Origin: the human T2T-CHM13v2.0 reference genome, Homo sapiens | Length of the DNA: 64,000 bases | Reading direction: 5' to 3' (one strand) | NCBI RefSeq assembly: GCF_009914755.1 | Contig: NC_060939.1 | In this document: positions 11,627 to 26,755 of the stretch, piece by piece | Position numbering within the stretch: position 1 is the stretch's first letter | Layout of the letters: each line of letters starts with the position of its first letter | Position numbers and translations under genes: made by a program | The notes under the pieces: generated by a model | What the model was told of the DNA's origin: nothing | Seen by the model: only the letters and a program-made list of their open reading frames with translations | Database searches by the model: none

Positions 11627-13789
11627 CTGCAGTAATTAAAATAAAAATAAAAACATCCAAATAAAATAGGGAGGCAAAAATGCACACATATATAAATTCA
11701 TACATAAACATGGATATACCTACACCCATACATACACTCATATATAAATGTGTATATACCTAAAAGAGTGTGTAGCATGTTTTAACAAATCTAAGTTTGA
11801 GCCATCGTTTGGTCGCATGGGTAATCCTCCATTGCTGGCTATTTAAAGAGCTTCTTTGTGTTTACTCCTCAGTAATATGTTATCAGCATCCTTCAGTAAT
11901 GTACTGCACTACATTTTGAGTCTCCAAAAGAGATATACAAAGTGTTTGCAGAACACACACGTGGCACAAATAGCTATTATTTAAGGAGATTGCAGTCAGC
12001 TCAATTTTATGGGCAAAGATGTGTACATATAATAATCCTACTGTAGTGTCCAACTAAAATCAGCACTTTATTTCACTGTTTTATGATGAAATATGTTTTG
12101 TCGGTGCATTTTATGCATTTTGCAATAACCCACTTTAAAATAGAAGCAATGTCTAATTTGGAACAATTTGGACAGGAGATGATATTTGCATACAATGAAA
12201 TGTGTAAGAAAAGTTTAAGAATAAAATCAATAATATTAAAATGTTGATGCATCTATGACATTTCCATGTTCCTCTAAAATGATTTATTAGTGATTGTTGT
12301 TTACTGCTAATTCAAACCACCTGCAAATCTCTTTGTTATGATTAAAGCTGGCTTTCTTCCCCCAGGCTGATAGATGGCTCTGTAATTTTGGAGGAAATAT
12401 GCTAAAGGTCATGAGTTAATACATCCTCTGGTACTTTCTCTTCCCATCCTTGCTTTCCCAAATGGGAGGAAAGCTGTGTTGTATTATTTCCATGTCTTTG
12501 TAACGTCCATTCAAAATGAAATTAGAGAGTGCATTAGAAAGAGAGTATCTGTGTGTACACACAGCAAAATCCACATGTATTCTGTATAGTCTATTACTAA
12601 AATTATACAATTGCCTTTTGAGAAATTTTAACAAAAAAATCTTTCCTTAATAATCTATGAATATCACTGTCTGATTCAAGTATTATTATCCCTTTTAAAA
12701 TTAAGCTATCCACAAAACATGCATTTACTTTCCGCTATACAAAATGCTAATAATGCTTTTAGAATGGTCTTTAAAAAGTCTAATTATATCATTTAAAAAC
12801 TGAGAGACCAAAGGGCAAGCTAAATTCTCCTAACATAAATCAGACTTTTTTTATTTCAATGACTTTAAAAACCTCAAATGCAGTAATTTTAATAGCAATG
12901 AAAGAATGAATAAGTCATAACTCCGCCTGATCACATAACTGTCTATAACTGTTATTAAATGCTCCAAAATAAGTGAACTCATTATGTTTCTGCACTGCTT
13001 TTAGCTAATCTAAGATTCTGCTCACTTAATCATGCAGAAAAGCCTTCAGTGCAGTTTTAGACCCTCAGCAAGGTCGCTTCAATGCCTTTTTTCTGTTCTA
13101 TACTGATCATTTAAGAACAGCACTTTGACCTGAAACTGATGCTGTCTCATATAAGCTTGAATGTTTAACCCCCACAGAGCTGCATTTTAGGTATACGTTT
13201 GCACAGCCTATTGTCATATTTGCTGCAAACTGAACTAGGTTCGCTTTTCAACAGTAAAGGAAATGCCAATCAGAATTTGTAAATGCCATGTGCCCAGTGA
13301 AACTACCTCTCATATGATACAGACACAGAATTCATGATTTTAAAAATACACTATTTTGTCTGTGAATGGTTTATTAAGTTCTAATTGGCTTTTAGGTGTG
13401 GTGACTAAGTATTTTTTTTACTGTTTTGCCAGACCATATGTAAATTTAAAGTGGAGAATTTATCTAGCAAAGCAATTCTTTTGGACACAGGTTGAGGTTT
13501 TCCATGCAGTTAAGGAGACCATGAGAGAAAGTAAGGTTCTGGTCCTTTGCCAATTGTCCTTTGAAACAAAGGCCGATTTCAAACTTGAATAATATTCCTG
13601 CATGTCCGTTAAGTCACAATATTAAAATAGATAGTATAGCAAGGGTCCTAACAATTGTTCTAGAATGTGGAGAGAGGGTTTCCTGTTGTTGCAAAAGGAA
13701 TCTGCATGTGAAAAGAACTCAAGTGAAGCAGTCCTAAGTGTAGATAAGAAGCAAAGGACAACAGTGAAAACTCAAAATTGAAGCAAGAA

Positions 13790-13962
13790 AAGGAACATAT
13801 GATAAGAAGTTAAAGAGAGAGCAACAAGGAAGAGGAGAAGGAGGAGGAAGAAGAGGCAAAGACAGAGGTAAAGAAGAGGGAAGAGAACAAAGGGAAGGAG
13901 AGGAAAAATCCACAGATGAGTAAGATCCAAACAACAGGTTTGTTTGTTTGTTTGTTTGTTTT
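13790..13962. repeat. GA-rich low-complexity tract followed by (TTTG)n
   Basis: gaagaggagaaggaggaggaagaagagg...; gtttgtttgtttgtttgtttgttt at ~13938-13962. Confidence 0.85.
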
Positions 13963-14711
13963 TAAAGGATAATTTACATCTGGAAAATAGACAAATCAAA
14001 AGGCATTTTGACAACTTGTAGAATCTCCCAGAAGACTCCCAAAAAGGGACAGACACCCTTTGAATCTTGACCTTGAGGCAGGTTGCTGGACGGGGTGGCT
14101 TCTTAGAAGTTATCCCCCGGGCCTGACTTCCAAGTGGCATACACTTCAGTTCAGTACACTCCCACCTGCTGAAGGATCTAGTGCAGGACTCAGCTTGTAT
14201 CCCCAGTCCTGACAATTTTGAAGGACCATTTCTCAGATTAGAAAGCCAGGAATTGAATTCCAACCCTGAATCTTACTCATAGCATATTTAATATTTTTTC
14301 TGTATCATTTGGAAGCACATACAGCATGGCAACAGAGATGTCAAATGAAAATGTACATGGAATAAACACTGAAACACAGAAAGTGGGATATAACTATGTT
14401 CCAAACACTTTCAAAGCTAGGTACGTAACATCTGTTAACAATGTCAGCTTTGTATTTTTGCTCAACTAATTGTGTTCACTTGGGTTTGTAGTAGGCTTTG
14501 ATTGTGAGATCCCACCTTTGATAAAATCTAACTCTATTGGCACACATGTAACTAACATGTAATCAAACTCTGTGAAGCAACCACAGTAAGTAATTCACTG
14601 TGTGAGATGTCAAGATGGGGCAATTGCAACAGGAATAAGACAGCATCCTTGTTCTTGAGGAATATGGAATATATTAGAAGCCAGAGCACTCCTCTTGGAG
14701 TCAGGACATCA

Positions 14712-15745
14712 GTGTTCTTTTATTGGTTTATATTCTGACACCAACTAGTGTGCTGCAATTCAATTATGGCTCTAACCACCTGGAATTATTGCAGACTCCA
14801 CAAGGTAAGGGTTCAGTCCTCCAAGAACTACCCTCACTTCAGAGGCCAGCCACACTTCAGGGATCCTGAGGCTACCAAAACTTCTGACCAACTGGCTACA
14901 AATTCCAAGTGTAGCTGGTTGTTCCTACAACTACCTCAGATTCAATAATTTGCTAGAATGACTTTTAGAATTCAGGAAGCCACTGTACTTAGAATTACAG
15001 CTTAATTATCAATACCAATCGGGACCAGCCAAATGAAGAGACACAGCATAGAATAAGGTCTGGAAGGGTCTTGAATGCAGCATTTTCATGCCTTCCACCT
15101 GTGTGATTAGGATGTGTCATCATCCTAGCACATCAATGTTTTCATCAACCAGGAAACTTCACTGAACCTCAGGGTCCACAGTTTTTACTGAAGTACTATT
15201 ACGTAGGCATGCTTGATTGAATCATTGGCCAGATGACTGAACTCAATCTCCAGCCTCCTTCCCCTCTCAAAGGGTGGGAAGCCTAGCCTATATCAAGTGA
15301 TGCAAAGCCCAATCCTCTAATCACGTGGTTAATCTTTCCAGCTTGATCACCCCTCATCCTGGGGCTATCTACGGGCCCATGATGAGTCCCCTGATTAGTA
15401 TAAACTATCAGGTGTACTCCAAGGGGATTGTGAATAACAAAGATATTCCTTTTACTAGGAAAGTTTTAAGGATGTAGAGCAAGCTTGTCCAGTTCACAGC
15501 CCTCAGGCCACATGAAGCCCAGGACAGCTTTGAATGTGGCCCAACACAAATTTGTAAACTTTCTTAAAACATTATGAGTTTTTTTTGCTATTTTTTTAGC
15601 TCATCAGCTATTGTTAGTGTATTTTATCTGCAGCCCAAGACAATTCTTCTTCTTCCAATGTGGCCCAGGAAAGGCAAAAGATTGGACACCCCGATCTCTC
15701 TCCCAGATATCATGGACAAAGGCCAATCAAATTCTTTATTGCATA
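14712..15745 (-). mobile_element. MER21-family LTR, interrupted by MER30
   Basis: attctgacaccaactagtgtg...acttctgaccaactggctacaaattcc...gaaagccactgtactt-like blocks; resumes after MER30 with ggacaaaggccaatcaaattcttt. Confidence 0.7.
15480..15693. mobile_element. MER30 (hAT-Charlie MITE)
   Basis: caagcttgtcc...gctttgaatgtggcccaacacaaatttgtaaactttcttaaaacattatgag...aaaagattggacacccc. Confidence 0.9.
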
Positions 15746-16504
15746 AAATTTCATTTGTTTATTCATGAATGAATTTATAAAGCACCTACTTGACGAGGAG
15801 CCCTGGTAGTCACTAACAGGAACAACCAAATGTATTTGACATGACCTGTACTCTCTAAGAACTCCTAACACATCTTGTAAGATAAATCATATACAAATAG
15901 TAACAAGAAGGGGATAAAGATTGTTTATGGGTAATTGTTCTCTTTACTTATTCATTACTTACTCACAAAATAACTACAAACAAATCACAAATCTAAGTCA
16001 AGGGGATAATCTAAAAAGCTCCTTGAGTTTCTTAGAGAAAGTGTCTAGATACTAGTATTAGGACCATGACAGCTTTGCAAACCTGGTACTTACATAGCAG
16101 CCATGATGATGGCCTGGCATGTGTTTTTAAATCTTTGGAGCTGCTTTGTTACCTTCTTTGTGTCCCATTCTTATCTTCTCCTAATCATGCCCTTACATTG
16201 TCCCATTAACTTTCATGTCCCTAAAATGACTCTGTTGCCCTAGCTTGCCCTTCCTGACCTAGTTATTCCTTGAAATTAACTTTAATCAACAAATACTAAT
16301 ATTGAAAACCTACTCAGTAAAAAGACAACGAATTTATATATCAAAACTTTTCTTTCCTGAAGGTCATCCTCTCTTGGAGTTTCCTAAAAATTCAATTGCT
16401 AAAGCTGTGATATTGGTACAATATGAATAGGTGATAGTGATTTGAAAGACGGTCAGTACCAAACCAGTGGTACCTTCTAAGAGTGGTCCTCAATGCTTTA
16501 AATC

Positions 16505-17065
<561 letters not shown>

Positions 17066-17499
17066 AAGCCTGTTCGGGAAAAGCCTGCTTTAATTGAAAA
17101 TAATTTTACCTCTTCTGTCAGATCCTTGAAAGAAGGCTATTTGGAAGTGTAGGTATTCTATATTAAACTACATATAAAATAATAAAGCAAAAATCAATAT
17201 GAGGGAGAATTCATACTATTCCTTAGGAAGATCTAAATATGATTAATAATTAAAGTGCTGTCCAGCAATAATCAGTTTGATGCATCTGTGAGGATAATCC
17301 TATTCATGAAGCATTATTATTAGTGTTTATTACTATTGCTACTAGAAATAAGCATTTTTATATACTATAAGATGTTCGCAGTTAGCAGAAAAACACATTC
17401 AGAAGGAAAAAAAACCAGTATCATCTCATAATTACCCCACCCTGTATTTGCTTATTTTCATGTCTTCAAATATATCTTCTATTTAAATCTGATTAAAGC

Positions 17500-18185
17500 T
17501 ATAGCTGGGAATGTGCCAGATGTGTCTGCCAGTTCCATTGGAAACATAGCCAAGCCTCAGATATAGTCCCTGTCCTCATGGAGCTCACGGTATAAGGGAG
17601 GAAAAGTGACCCATAGATACATAATGTCCATACTGCATGAGAAGAAATGCTTTAGAGACAAAACAGAAGGAGAAAGAACAATGGAAGAATTATAGTCTAC
17701 ATAAAGAAATCATCATGAACAAAAAAAGCAAAGGAGAAAAACTGCTGGATCAATGCAGGAAACTGCCCTAGAGGCACTGGCGATCAACAATGGAGACAGG
17801 TCAACCTGGAGATGTCATCATGGGTCAGTTCATGAAAGGGCTGACATGTCACGCTGAAGAGCTGTTTCTCTATTCTCAGGACCCAGGTCTCCAAAGGGGT
17901 GTGCAATTATCCTTTGGAGATTAGGAAGAAAGCAGAATGCCTGATTATATTTTTATTTTGTTCTTTTAAAATAGGTTTGTTTTTATAAAGTAACTACTAT
18001 GCTAGTACTTTCTATGTGCATATTATTTACAACTAAATAAATAGACATAGTGGAGTGGAGGAATTCTCAAACTTTGCTTTACAATGGGAGTGTGATCAAA
18101 CTGAAGACCATTTTCTATGCAATAGGGAGTTATAGAGAGTTTTAAATAGAAGAGTTAATCACTTAGATTCACATTTTCAATAAGT
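17500..18185 (-). mobile_element. L2 fragments with an inserted hAT MITE (MER113-like, ~17880-18110)
   Basis: atagtccctgtcctcatggagctcacgg (L2); ggtctccaaaggggtgtgcaa...gaagacc (Charlie-type). Confidence 0.5.
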
Positions 18186-19821
18186 CAAAATTTATTTTAG
18201 GAATTCACTGGAGCCTTTCTCATCTGCTATTTGCTATGAAACAATATTTACTGTAAAGGGTACCACCTGCATCTGCATCCTCAGTACCATTGGTAAGTGA
18301 ACTTTCCAAATAGAGATCTTATTATGTAATTTCCTTGTTTAAAATCCTTCAATAGATCCCCACTGCCTCTAGGAGAAAATTTAAATTCCTTAGAAGAAAG
18401 TGTTCTGTTCTCTCTCATATCTGAGCTTGCATGCTCGCCACACTTTAGGGATGAAGATGGGTAAATCTTTATTTTGTATGCCCTTTGCCCTTGTTCTATA
18501 ATTATCCCTTACAGTAAGTTGAACTCCTGAGAGAAGAGAAAATGAGCACAAACAGTAATGATCAGGTGTTTAGTGCCTCCTCCCACAAACTCCAGTCCCC
18601 ACTCCCCGGCAGGCATACTCAGAGCCCACAGGGAGGGGAAGCTCACAGCCTGGGGGAAGAACAGAAGGCAGCAAAAGCACGTTTGGCCTTTCTGAAGATT
18701 TGAGTGGGGACGTTCATACCTCCAAAGGTTGTTCAGACTCTTACTGGGCTTCTGAGCCAAGCTGGCTTGCCTGGTCACCAGTAGCAGAAGCAGGCCTTCT
18801 ATGCTTTCAAAAAACAGCCATCTGTTGAGGTTTATTTCAGGTAGCAGCCCTAGTTGTCAGGACTCTCATACCCAGTTTACTGTCACTAGCGTCCTCTCTG
18901 GGATAAAGTAATGGGCTTTCTGATGACCAGTTGCTTGAGCACTCAGGCCTGGCTGTTGAGCCTAAGCTGTGGCAATTCTGATTAGGCTAAGCAAGAGGGT
19001 GCACGTGGTCATTTGAAGGCTTTGTCTAAACAGTGGTAGATCTTAACAGCTGGTGTTTAACAACTCTCCCCATTGCCATATTAATGATTGACAAAGGTGA
19101 GCTTATATCCGTCTTCTAGATATTCTAACTCTGATTTTTTTGCATTATCAAATTATTCATAATTTTGGACTTCATTCAGATGTGTAAACAATATTTCCAC
19201 AACCCAACAAAGCAAGCACTGGACCCATGATGTGATCTCCTTTCCTTTGCACTGCTTCCAGAGTCACAACCATCTATCTTTTTGTTTTTGCTTTTTATTT
19301 TTTAAACTTTCTTTCAGCATAACTCTCAGAAAAAATAAAAACAATCTGACATCTCATCCCTGTACACACATCAATACAAATAATTTAAACAGAAGTTTCA
19401 TGAAATAAAAACCCCTTATTACATGCAATGCTTTCGGATATTTTCTTTCCTTTTCTTTTTTTTTTTTTTCTTGTAGAAATGAAGCAACTGACTAAATTAA
19501 CCAATGGCTCTGACCTGCAGTTTGAAAATATGGCATAGGGTGAAATCTGTGGGTAAGATCCTGGGCCCCAGGGTGGGTGAGTATGGTAAAGACTAAGACT
19601 CCTGGCACTGAGAAAATTGGGAACTGCAAGACTCCAGTATTGCACGATCATTCATTGTGGTATCTAGGTTCCCGGGGTCGTGGTAGGACCTACGGATCAG
19701 GGAAAGGTTGGAATCCATAAGTCCAAATCATCTGTGAATATAGGGGAGTCATTGGCAGGTCAGTGGGTGGCTAAAAGGAGACAGGAGAAAGAGGAGGTTG
19801 GAATAAACCTCAAAGGTTGTG

Positions 19822-20185
<364 letters not shown>

Positions 20186-21309
20186 TCTTCATTCTAGAGA
20201 TATGATCGCTTTGGCCTGTTTTCAGCTACCTGAAAGAACCACTTCTCAAGCTCAATTCTCCATTCAAATTATTTCACTGGAACACATTGTCTATTCCATG
20301 TGGTGTATATGCTTTAACTGAGTACTACAGGTGCTTGAATAAAAGGTGCAAATGAATCATGTTGAAGAGTAAACCTAAAAAGAAAATGACCAAAACTGGG
20401 ACCATCTGCCCCTGCTGCCACCCCCATAGGATACATGCACAGGCTGTTTTTAGCAAGACAGGTTTTCCTCTTACTGTGACACCATGCATGGTATCCAAAC
20501 AGTACAACTGTGTATTCAAACACAGAAGCTCCAATGACTAAAGATACAAATGATATTAATTTACATAGTAAGCGATATGTTTTAAAACATATGTTGGGCT
20601 TAAAATAATTGATATTGGTAAAAAATATTGAGATGCTTACAGAAAGGATTCAAGGATATAATGATATTAATACCGTCTGTGCAGTAGCCATCATAGATGA
20701 ATCAGCAATGCACTTTTTTTATTTTTTTAAATTCTATAATGGATGCTTCTGAACAACACTGTAATTTCCATGAAAATGCTCTTGAAATTTACTATCATAT
20801 TTTAACTACATTAATTCCTTATCGTTTTCTTCTATGTTTTCCCCCTCCTTTTTCCTGGAAGGTAGTAAAACCATGAATCATGTTTTTCAGATCATTTTTA
20901 TCTCTTCAAAGTGCATTGTTGGGCTGTATGTTTTTCTAAATATATTACCATTACTGATATATTTCATTATTTTGCTTGATATTCTACTTAAATAGTATTT
21001 ATCTTTAAAATGATACACACAAAAGTTGCTATTCCCCAAAGTATTTTGAGCCCAAATCATTTCACAGATCAAATGCATTCAACTCTTGGCTCATTGCTTG
21101 AATTTCCTGTGTCTATTGAGAATTACTATGAGGCTTTGCAGTTTTGCTCCTACAAAACTGTTAAAAGAAGAAGAGATGTTAAGAGACTTAATTAATTTTT
21201 TTCCTCTGTAAAAGAATTCTAGAGCCTTGGAAATCAGGGACTAAATAAGGAACAAATATTGTAAACAGAGAATTAAAATAAATATTAAAATAAAGACAAG
21301 GAAGATAGA

Positions 21310-21505
21310 TGAAATTAATCTATGCTAGTGGAAGCCAAACAGTACCCTTAGTGGAGGTAGGTAGTGACTGGAAGGGAACACGAGTGTGCTTCTAGGGAAC
21401 TGGTAATGTGCTTTTTCCTGATCCAAGTGATGGATGCATAGTGGTAGAGTCTGTGAAAATCAGCACTTATGATTTGTGCACTTTTCTGAAATACATTTCA
21501 ATAAG
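21310..21505 (+). mobile_element. L1ME-type 3' end fragment
   Basis: aattaatctatg...gtgactggaagggaacacgag...ctggtaatgtgctttttcctgatc...cttatgatttgtgcacttttctg. Confidence 0.65.
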
Positions 21506-21749
21506 ACTTCAATAATTCAGTAAAAACTGTTAATGATCCTTTAATAAAAGTTATAAATAATAAAGGTAGATGTGTACGTAGCTGTATTTTAATATTCAAA
21601 CTAGCTTCTGCTAAATAATGTGCTTCCAACACATATGGCCAAAGGTAAGGCACGAGATCACTTACATTTTAAAAAATAAACAATAGAAAATAAACTAGCA
21701 AAAATAGGCTGAGGCAATCATGTATTCCTGCTTCTAGTAAAAGCTTCCT

Positions 21750-22275
21750 CTGTATTTACTCAGTGCCTGGCTCTGTTCTAGGGCTGCCGGTACAGAGGAG
21801 CAAGCCCTTACCTGGGAGTAACTGGCATTGTACTGGGGGAGGCCAGACAACTCTCAAGTAAAACATAAATCTATGCTATAACATCAGGGAGTAATGAGCG
21901 CTGGAGAAAAAACAAGGTAGGGTGAGGGAGTAGAGTGAAGCAGTAGGGTTAGGATAATTGGGTAAGTCCTATTGAAAGAAGGTGACATTTGAATAGAGAC
22001 CAGAAAGCAGTGATGGAGCAAGCCCAGCATAGATCTACAGAAAAGTGTTCCAGGCACATCAAGGCAAATGCAAAGATGTGGATGTTTGCTCAAGCTGCTG
22101 AAATTTCATGAAGGCCAGAATGGGTAAAGTAGAGTTGGCTGGGTAAGTAGTAGTTGATGAGTGGCCAAATTAAGCAGGCAGGGAAGATCATCATCAAAAG
22201 ATTAGATTTTATTTATAGTGTGCTGGGAAGCCGTTGGAGAATTTTGATCAGAGGAGCAGCATGATGTAATTAGAA
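21750..22275 (-). mobile_element. L2 (L2a-like) 3' fragment
   Basis: gtgcctggctctgttctaggg...gaaggtgacatttgaatagagacc...gtgttccaggca...gggaagccgttggagaattttga. Confidence 0.8.
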
Positions 22276-22849
22276 GACAGAGGTTTAGATTCTGCTCCCA
22301 AGACTGTAATGATATATAATTAAGGTTTAAAGTAATATATATCTCATCATGTTTATATAAATCCTTGTGATTTAATTGATTTCTTGTTATTTGACCATTT
22401 TTAGTTAGCTTGCTGAAGGAACAGAAGGTTTTTGAGTCTTAAGTTCAAATGTCACCTCTGCTAAATCCTAAATTTTTAACCTTGGGCATGTTTCCTAACC
22501 TTATCCAAAATGAAAATAAAAGCATTTGGCACATAGTAGATGCTCAACAAAGGGCAATTAGTGCATTTTTTAAAGATGTAGAAAAATTCAGAAAGAAGGA
22601 CATTCTAAAGAATACTCTTTTTGTTAATAAATTATGTCCTATGAAAGGAAAGGGTCACAGAAATCTCTAGAAATCTGTAACTAGGTCAATTCATACAGCT
22701 GTTTCTTGAGATGTACAGCAAATAGTTATGATATTCTGATCCTGCCAGGGACATGGCTATTATATTCACTGGAAAAATAAAATAAAGTCTTCAGAGAAAT
22801 CAAGGTTTCTATTTTAGCTCCTGAAAAAAAAATTCTAACTATTTGGAAA

Positions 22850-23290
22850 ATAAGAAGTCTATCTTGAAAAACTAGAGGTAGCCTAGTTGTCCTTCACAAG
22901 GAGAATGATTAAATAAATCATGGAACTTTTATGCCTACTGTAGAATAATGTGAAGTGGTTAAAAGTACCAAGTATGTTTAGTGAACACATAAAAACAAAT
23001 TGCAGAATTATATAAATCATGTAAAACTGTTTAAGTAATAATTTTTCTATATGCATCTAAAGAGATATTTTGAAAAAATGTTTATGATATATTGAGTGGT
23101 AAAAAATATATGTCAAAATAGTATGGCAAGATCCCTTCGTGGGAGTATGTGTTCATGGGTCAAAATAAGCAAACAAACAAATTCCAGAAAACAATATAGA
23201 AGAATCAATATGGAAAAAGAGAAGGCTTTTCACTTTTCAACTTTTATACTTCTATGCTGTTTGAATACTTTTAAACATGTGTTTAAAATA
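22850..23290 (+). mobile_element. Old L1ME-type 3' fragment
   Basis: aggagaatgattaaataaatcatgg...atgatatattgagtggtaaaaaa. Confidence 0.45.
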
Positions 23291-23399
23291 CAAAACAACA
23301 AATCTTCATAAATTTTAAGTACATGCTTAAGAAAAACAAGGCTTATATAACTAGAGTTAAGAATCTGAATCAATTGAAATAATAAAAATAACAACAGTA

Positions 23400-23620
23400 T
23401 TTCAATATTCATTAAACACAAACTATGTGCCAGGCACCATGCTATTTTACACGCATAATGTCATTTATTTCACAATAACATTCTGAAGTGGATACTATTC
23501 TATAGACATGGAGACTGCACGATAGGGCTCTAAATAACTTGCTTAGACTCACAAGGCAGAGCCTGAATTCTATCCAGGTCCAACTGCTTCCAAAAAATAT
23601 TCTTTAACCATTACCCAGCT
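23400..23620 (-). mobile_element. MIR SINE
   Basis: actatgtgccaggcaccatgct...aaataacttgc...ggcagagcctgaattc. Confidence 0.75.
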
Positions 23621-23857
23621 GCTTCCAAACATAATGGAGGTAAAACTAACTTTACAGGATCATTACAATTGCAAGTTCTCTGCCTGCCTAGCCTACTGGA
23701 TGATCTATACCCATATTGGTAATAATTGATTCATTTTAGGTACCGGTATAAAATTGTGACCAGAAACTTTGTCACCAGAGTTACTATCATATCAAGCTGT
23801 AACCTTGTGGAAGGTAAGGATTGTATATTATAGGAATAGATTTAAATATTTCAGGTA

Positions 23858-24193
23858 TGATATGGTTTGGCTGTGTCCCCACCTAAATCTTATCTTGAAT
23901 TCCCATGTGTTGTGGGAGGGACCTGGTGGGAGGTAATTGAATCATGGGGCAGGTCTTTCCCATGCTGTTCTTTTGATAGTGAATAAGTCTCAGGAGATCT
24001 GATGGTTTTAAAAAGAGGAGTTACTCTGCACAAGCCTCTCTTCTCTTTTCTGCTGCCATGTGAGATGTGCCTTTCATCTTCTGCTATGATTGTGAGGCCT
24101 CCCCAGACATGTGGATCTGTAAGTCCATTAAACCTCTTTTTCTTCCCAGTCTCGGGTATGTCCTTATCAGCAGCATGAAAACAGACTAATACA
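23858..24193 (+). mobile_element. THE1 solo LTR (MaLR)
   Basis: TGATATGGTTTGGCTGTGTCCCCACC ... CAGACTAATACA; TG...CA ends; 5-bp TSD aggta/aggtg. Confidence 0.95.
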
Positions 24194-25701
24194 AGGTGAT
24201 TACAATGTTGCTGAAATAAGATGTCCATATTAAAAATTGCTGATTAAGAATAAATGCAATTCATCATATTTAGTTTATACTACAATTCAACATTTTTACC
24301 AAACTAAGTGCAGTTTTTGTTTCAACTTTACTGTTTAGTTGTCATTTGGAACTTGTCACTTTGTGTTCTATGACAAGTCTTAGGGTATTTTACTGAATTA
24401 GAGCAATAAAATACCTTTGGTATGCTCAGTGATTCAGATTCAAAATGGTGGCCAGAAACAGTTTTGAGTAGGTACTTCGGTATTTTTAAGAGATTGCCAT
24501 GCCATGTAGTAGAGAATACAGAAAAAGAAAATGTCTCTGATGAAAAGGAAAGTTAACACTTACATCTGAAAACCGTCTCCTTACCATGTTGCTTGACAAG
24601 TGATGTGGATAATTTTATCCCCTAGTGAGGTTTACAATTTGCAGAACTAGTACTTATGTTGACCTCATCAGCACCAAGTGAAAAAAAGTAAACATTACCT
24701 AAATATCATGCCTAAGATGGAAATAATCCATGTGGCAAATGGGTTCCATTTTGTATCCAGAGGCTGTTTTTTTTTTAAATTTTTTTTTTCCCTGAAGATT
24801 CTCTCCACAGGAGCTTGACTGGTTCCTGGGATCCTCTTTGTAGTTAGAAATCCATTTTTTCCCATTGGTATAAACTTTTTCCCATCATATTCCAAAACAC
24901 TGGTTAAGTCATAATTCGTTGACTGGGAGGAAGGCAGAGTAGGCAATAATGTATCAGACATTGTGTGAAGTATGAAATCCATTTTGTAAATGTGTGTATG
25001 TGTTCCAAAGGAGAAATAAATAAGCCATAAATCTCATATCTTAAAAAACAGATCCTATACATAGCAAGGTAATTACATTTAACATAGAGTCTTCGTCATA
25101 AAAATTACTTAGGAGGTTCATGGGAACAGTGAACTCCAGTTTAACTTTCATGGTTTCATTCTTGTCTGACCCAACTGTTCTGGCCACTACCACATCTACC
25201 TTGCAGGTCAAGGAAGATACCACATACCTCAAAATGGTCAGTGCATCACCTTCCATTCAGTGACAGCACCTGAGCTGACTGTAACATGATCCAGTTGACC
25301 TAATATGGTCTCTCTTTCTTCTAATTAATATACACAGAAAGCTTTTGCATTATCTTTTCATTGTTAAGAGAAATATATTGGGAGTATTTTTACATGTGAG
25401 TGTGTGCACATGTGTGTGTGAACTGTCAGGTAAACATAATACACACCATGTTAATATTAATTACTTATCTAAGTGTCACCAACTGTATCCTCTTTTTTAC
25501 ATAATAGAATCATTATTATATTTGTTTTTGTTTCTCATGTTGTAAAATACTGAGACAGACAGATGCTGCCACATTCTCATTGGGTTCATACCAGTATTTT
25601 CCTCAGACTACTCACGATCCTGTCTTAGGACCTAAGTCACCCACCTCTCTTAAACCAGTAGAGCTACAGAAAATCATGGGAGGTTGCTGATCATCTAACA
25701 A

Positions 25702-26012
25702 AGTGGTTCTCAAACTTTCAGGAACAAACTAGCAAGTTTCTGGGGACCCACAGCCTGGATCTGTGCTGACAATAATCATATGCAGCTGTTGAACACTTAA
25801 GTGTGGCTAGAATAGCTAAGGGACTAAATTTTTAACATTATATTTAAATGGCCACATGTGGCTAGTGGCTATCATAAAGAACAGCATAGACATGAATGAT
25901 TTTCATCATTCCAAAAAGTGACACCCTGGAAATTTAAATTCAGCAAGTACAGCATGTGGCCTTAGAATCTATATTTTGGATACAGAAGTAGAGTCAAGAT
26001 TTGAGAACCACA
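25702..26012. mobile_element. MER5-type MITE with nested MER3-like fragment (~25760-25890)
   Basis: Inverted ends gtggttctcaaa / tttgagaaccac; internal gccacatgtggctagtggcta. Confidence 0.65.
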
Positions 26013-26090
26013 GAAATACATGGTGGAGAAGTAGAAAGAGAATTGGAAGAAATTGGAAAGGCAGTTGAAAATTAGGTATAAGAATTTTAT

Positions 26091-26369
26091 GGCCGGGCGC
26101 GGTGGCTCACGCCTGTAATCCCAGCACTTTGGGAGGCCGAGGCGGGCGGATCATAAGGTCAGGAGATCAAGACCATCCTAGCTAACACGGTGAAACCCCG
26201 TCTCTACTAAAAATACAAAAAATTAGCCGGGCGTGGTGGCGGGCACCTGTAGTCCCAGCTACTCGGGAGGCTGAGGCAGGAGAATGGCGTGAACCCCAGT
26301 GGGCGGAGCCTGCAGTGAGCCGAGATTGCGCCACTGCACTCCAGCCTGGGCGACAGCGAGACTCCGTCT

Positions 26370-26411
<42 letters not shown>
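26091..26411 (+). mobile_element. Young AluY (AluYe-like), full length
   Basis: Most CpGs intact; gaacccc, ggagcctgcag and gacagcgagac variants; pure A run 26371-26413; TSD AAGAATTTTAT at 26080-26090 and 26412-26422. Confidence 0.95.
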
Positions 26412-26415
<4 letters not shown>

Positions 26416-26427
26416 ATTTTATTTGTG

Positions 26428-26755
<328 letters not shown>

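Noticed and set aside
13772-14263. Longest ORF (163 aa)
   Set aside because: Kept open by GA-rich and (TTTG)n low complexity; no domain or exon structure.
23890-24228. 112-aa ORF
   Set aside because: Antisense read of the THE1 LTR.
24695-24982. 95-aa ATG ORF ending near a minus-strand donor AG|GTAATG
   Set aside because: Runs through poly-A tracts; no acceptor, promoter or recognisable homology.
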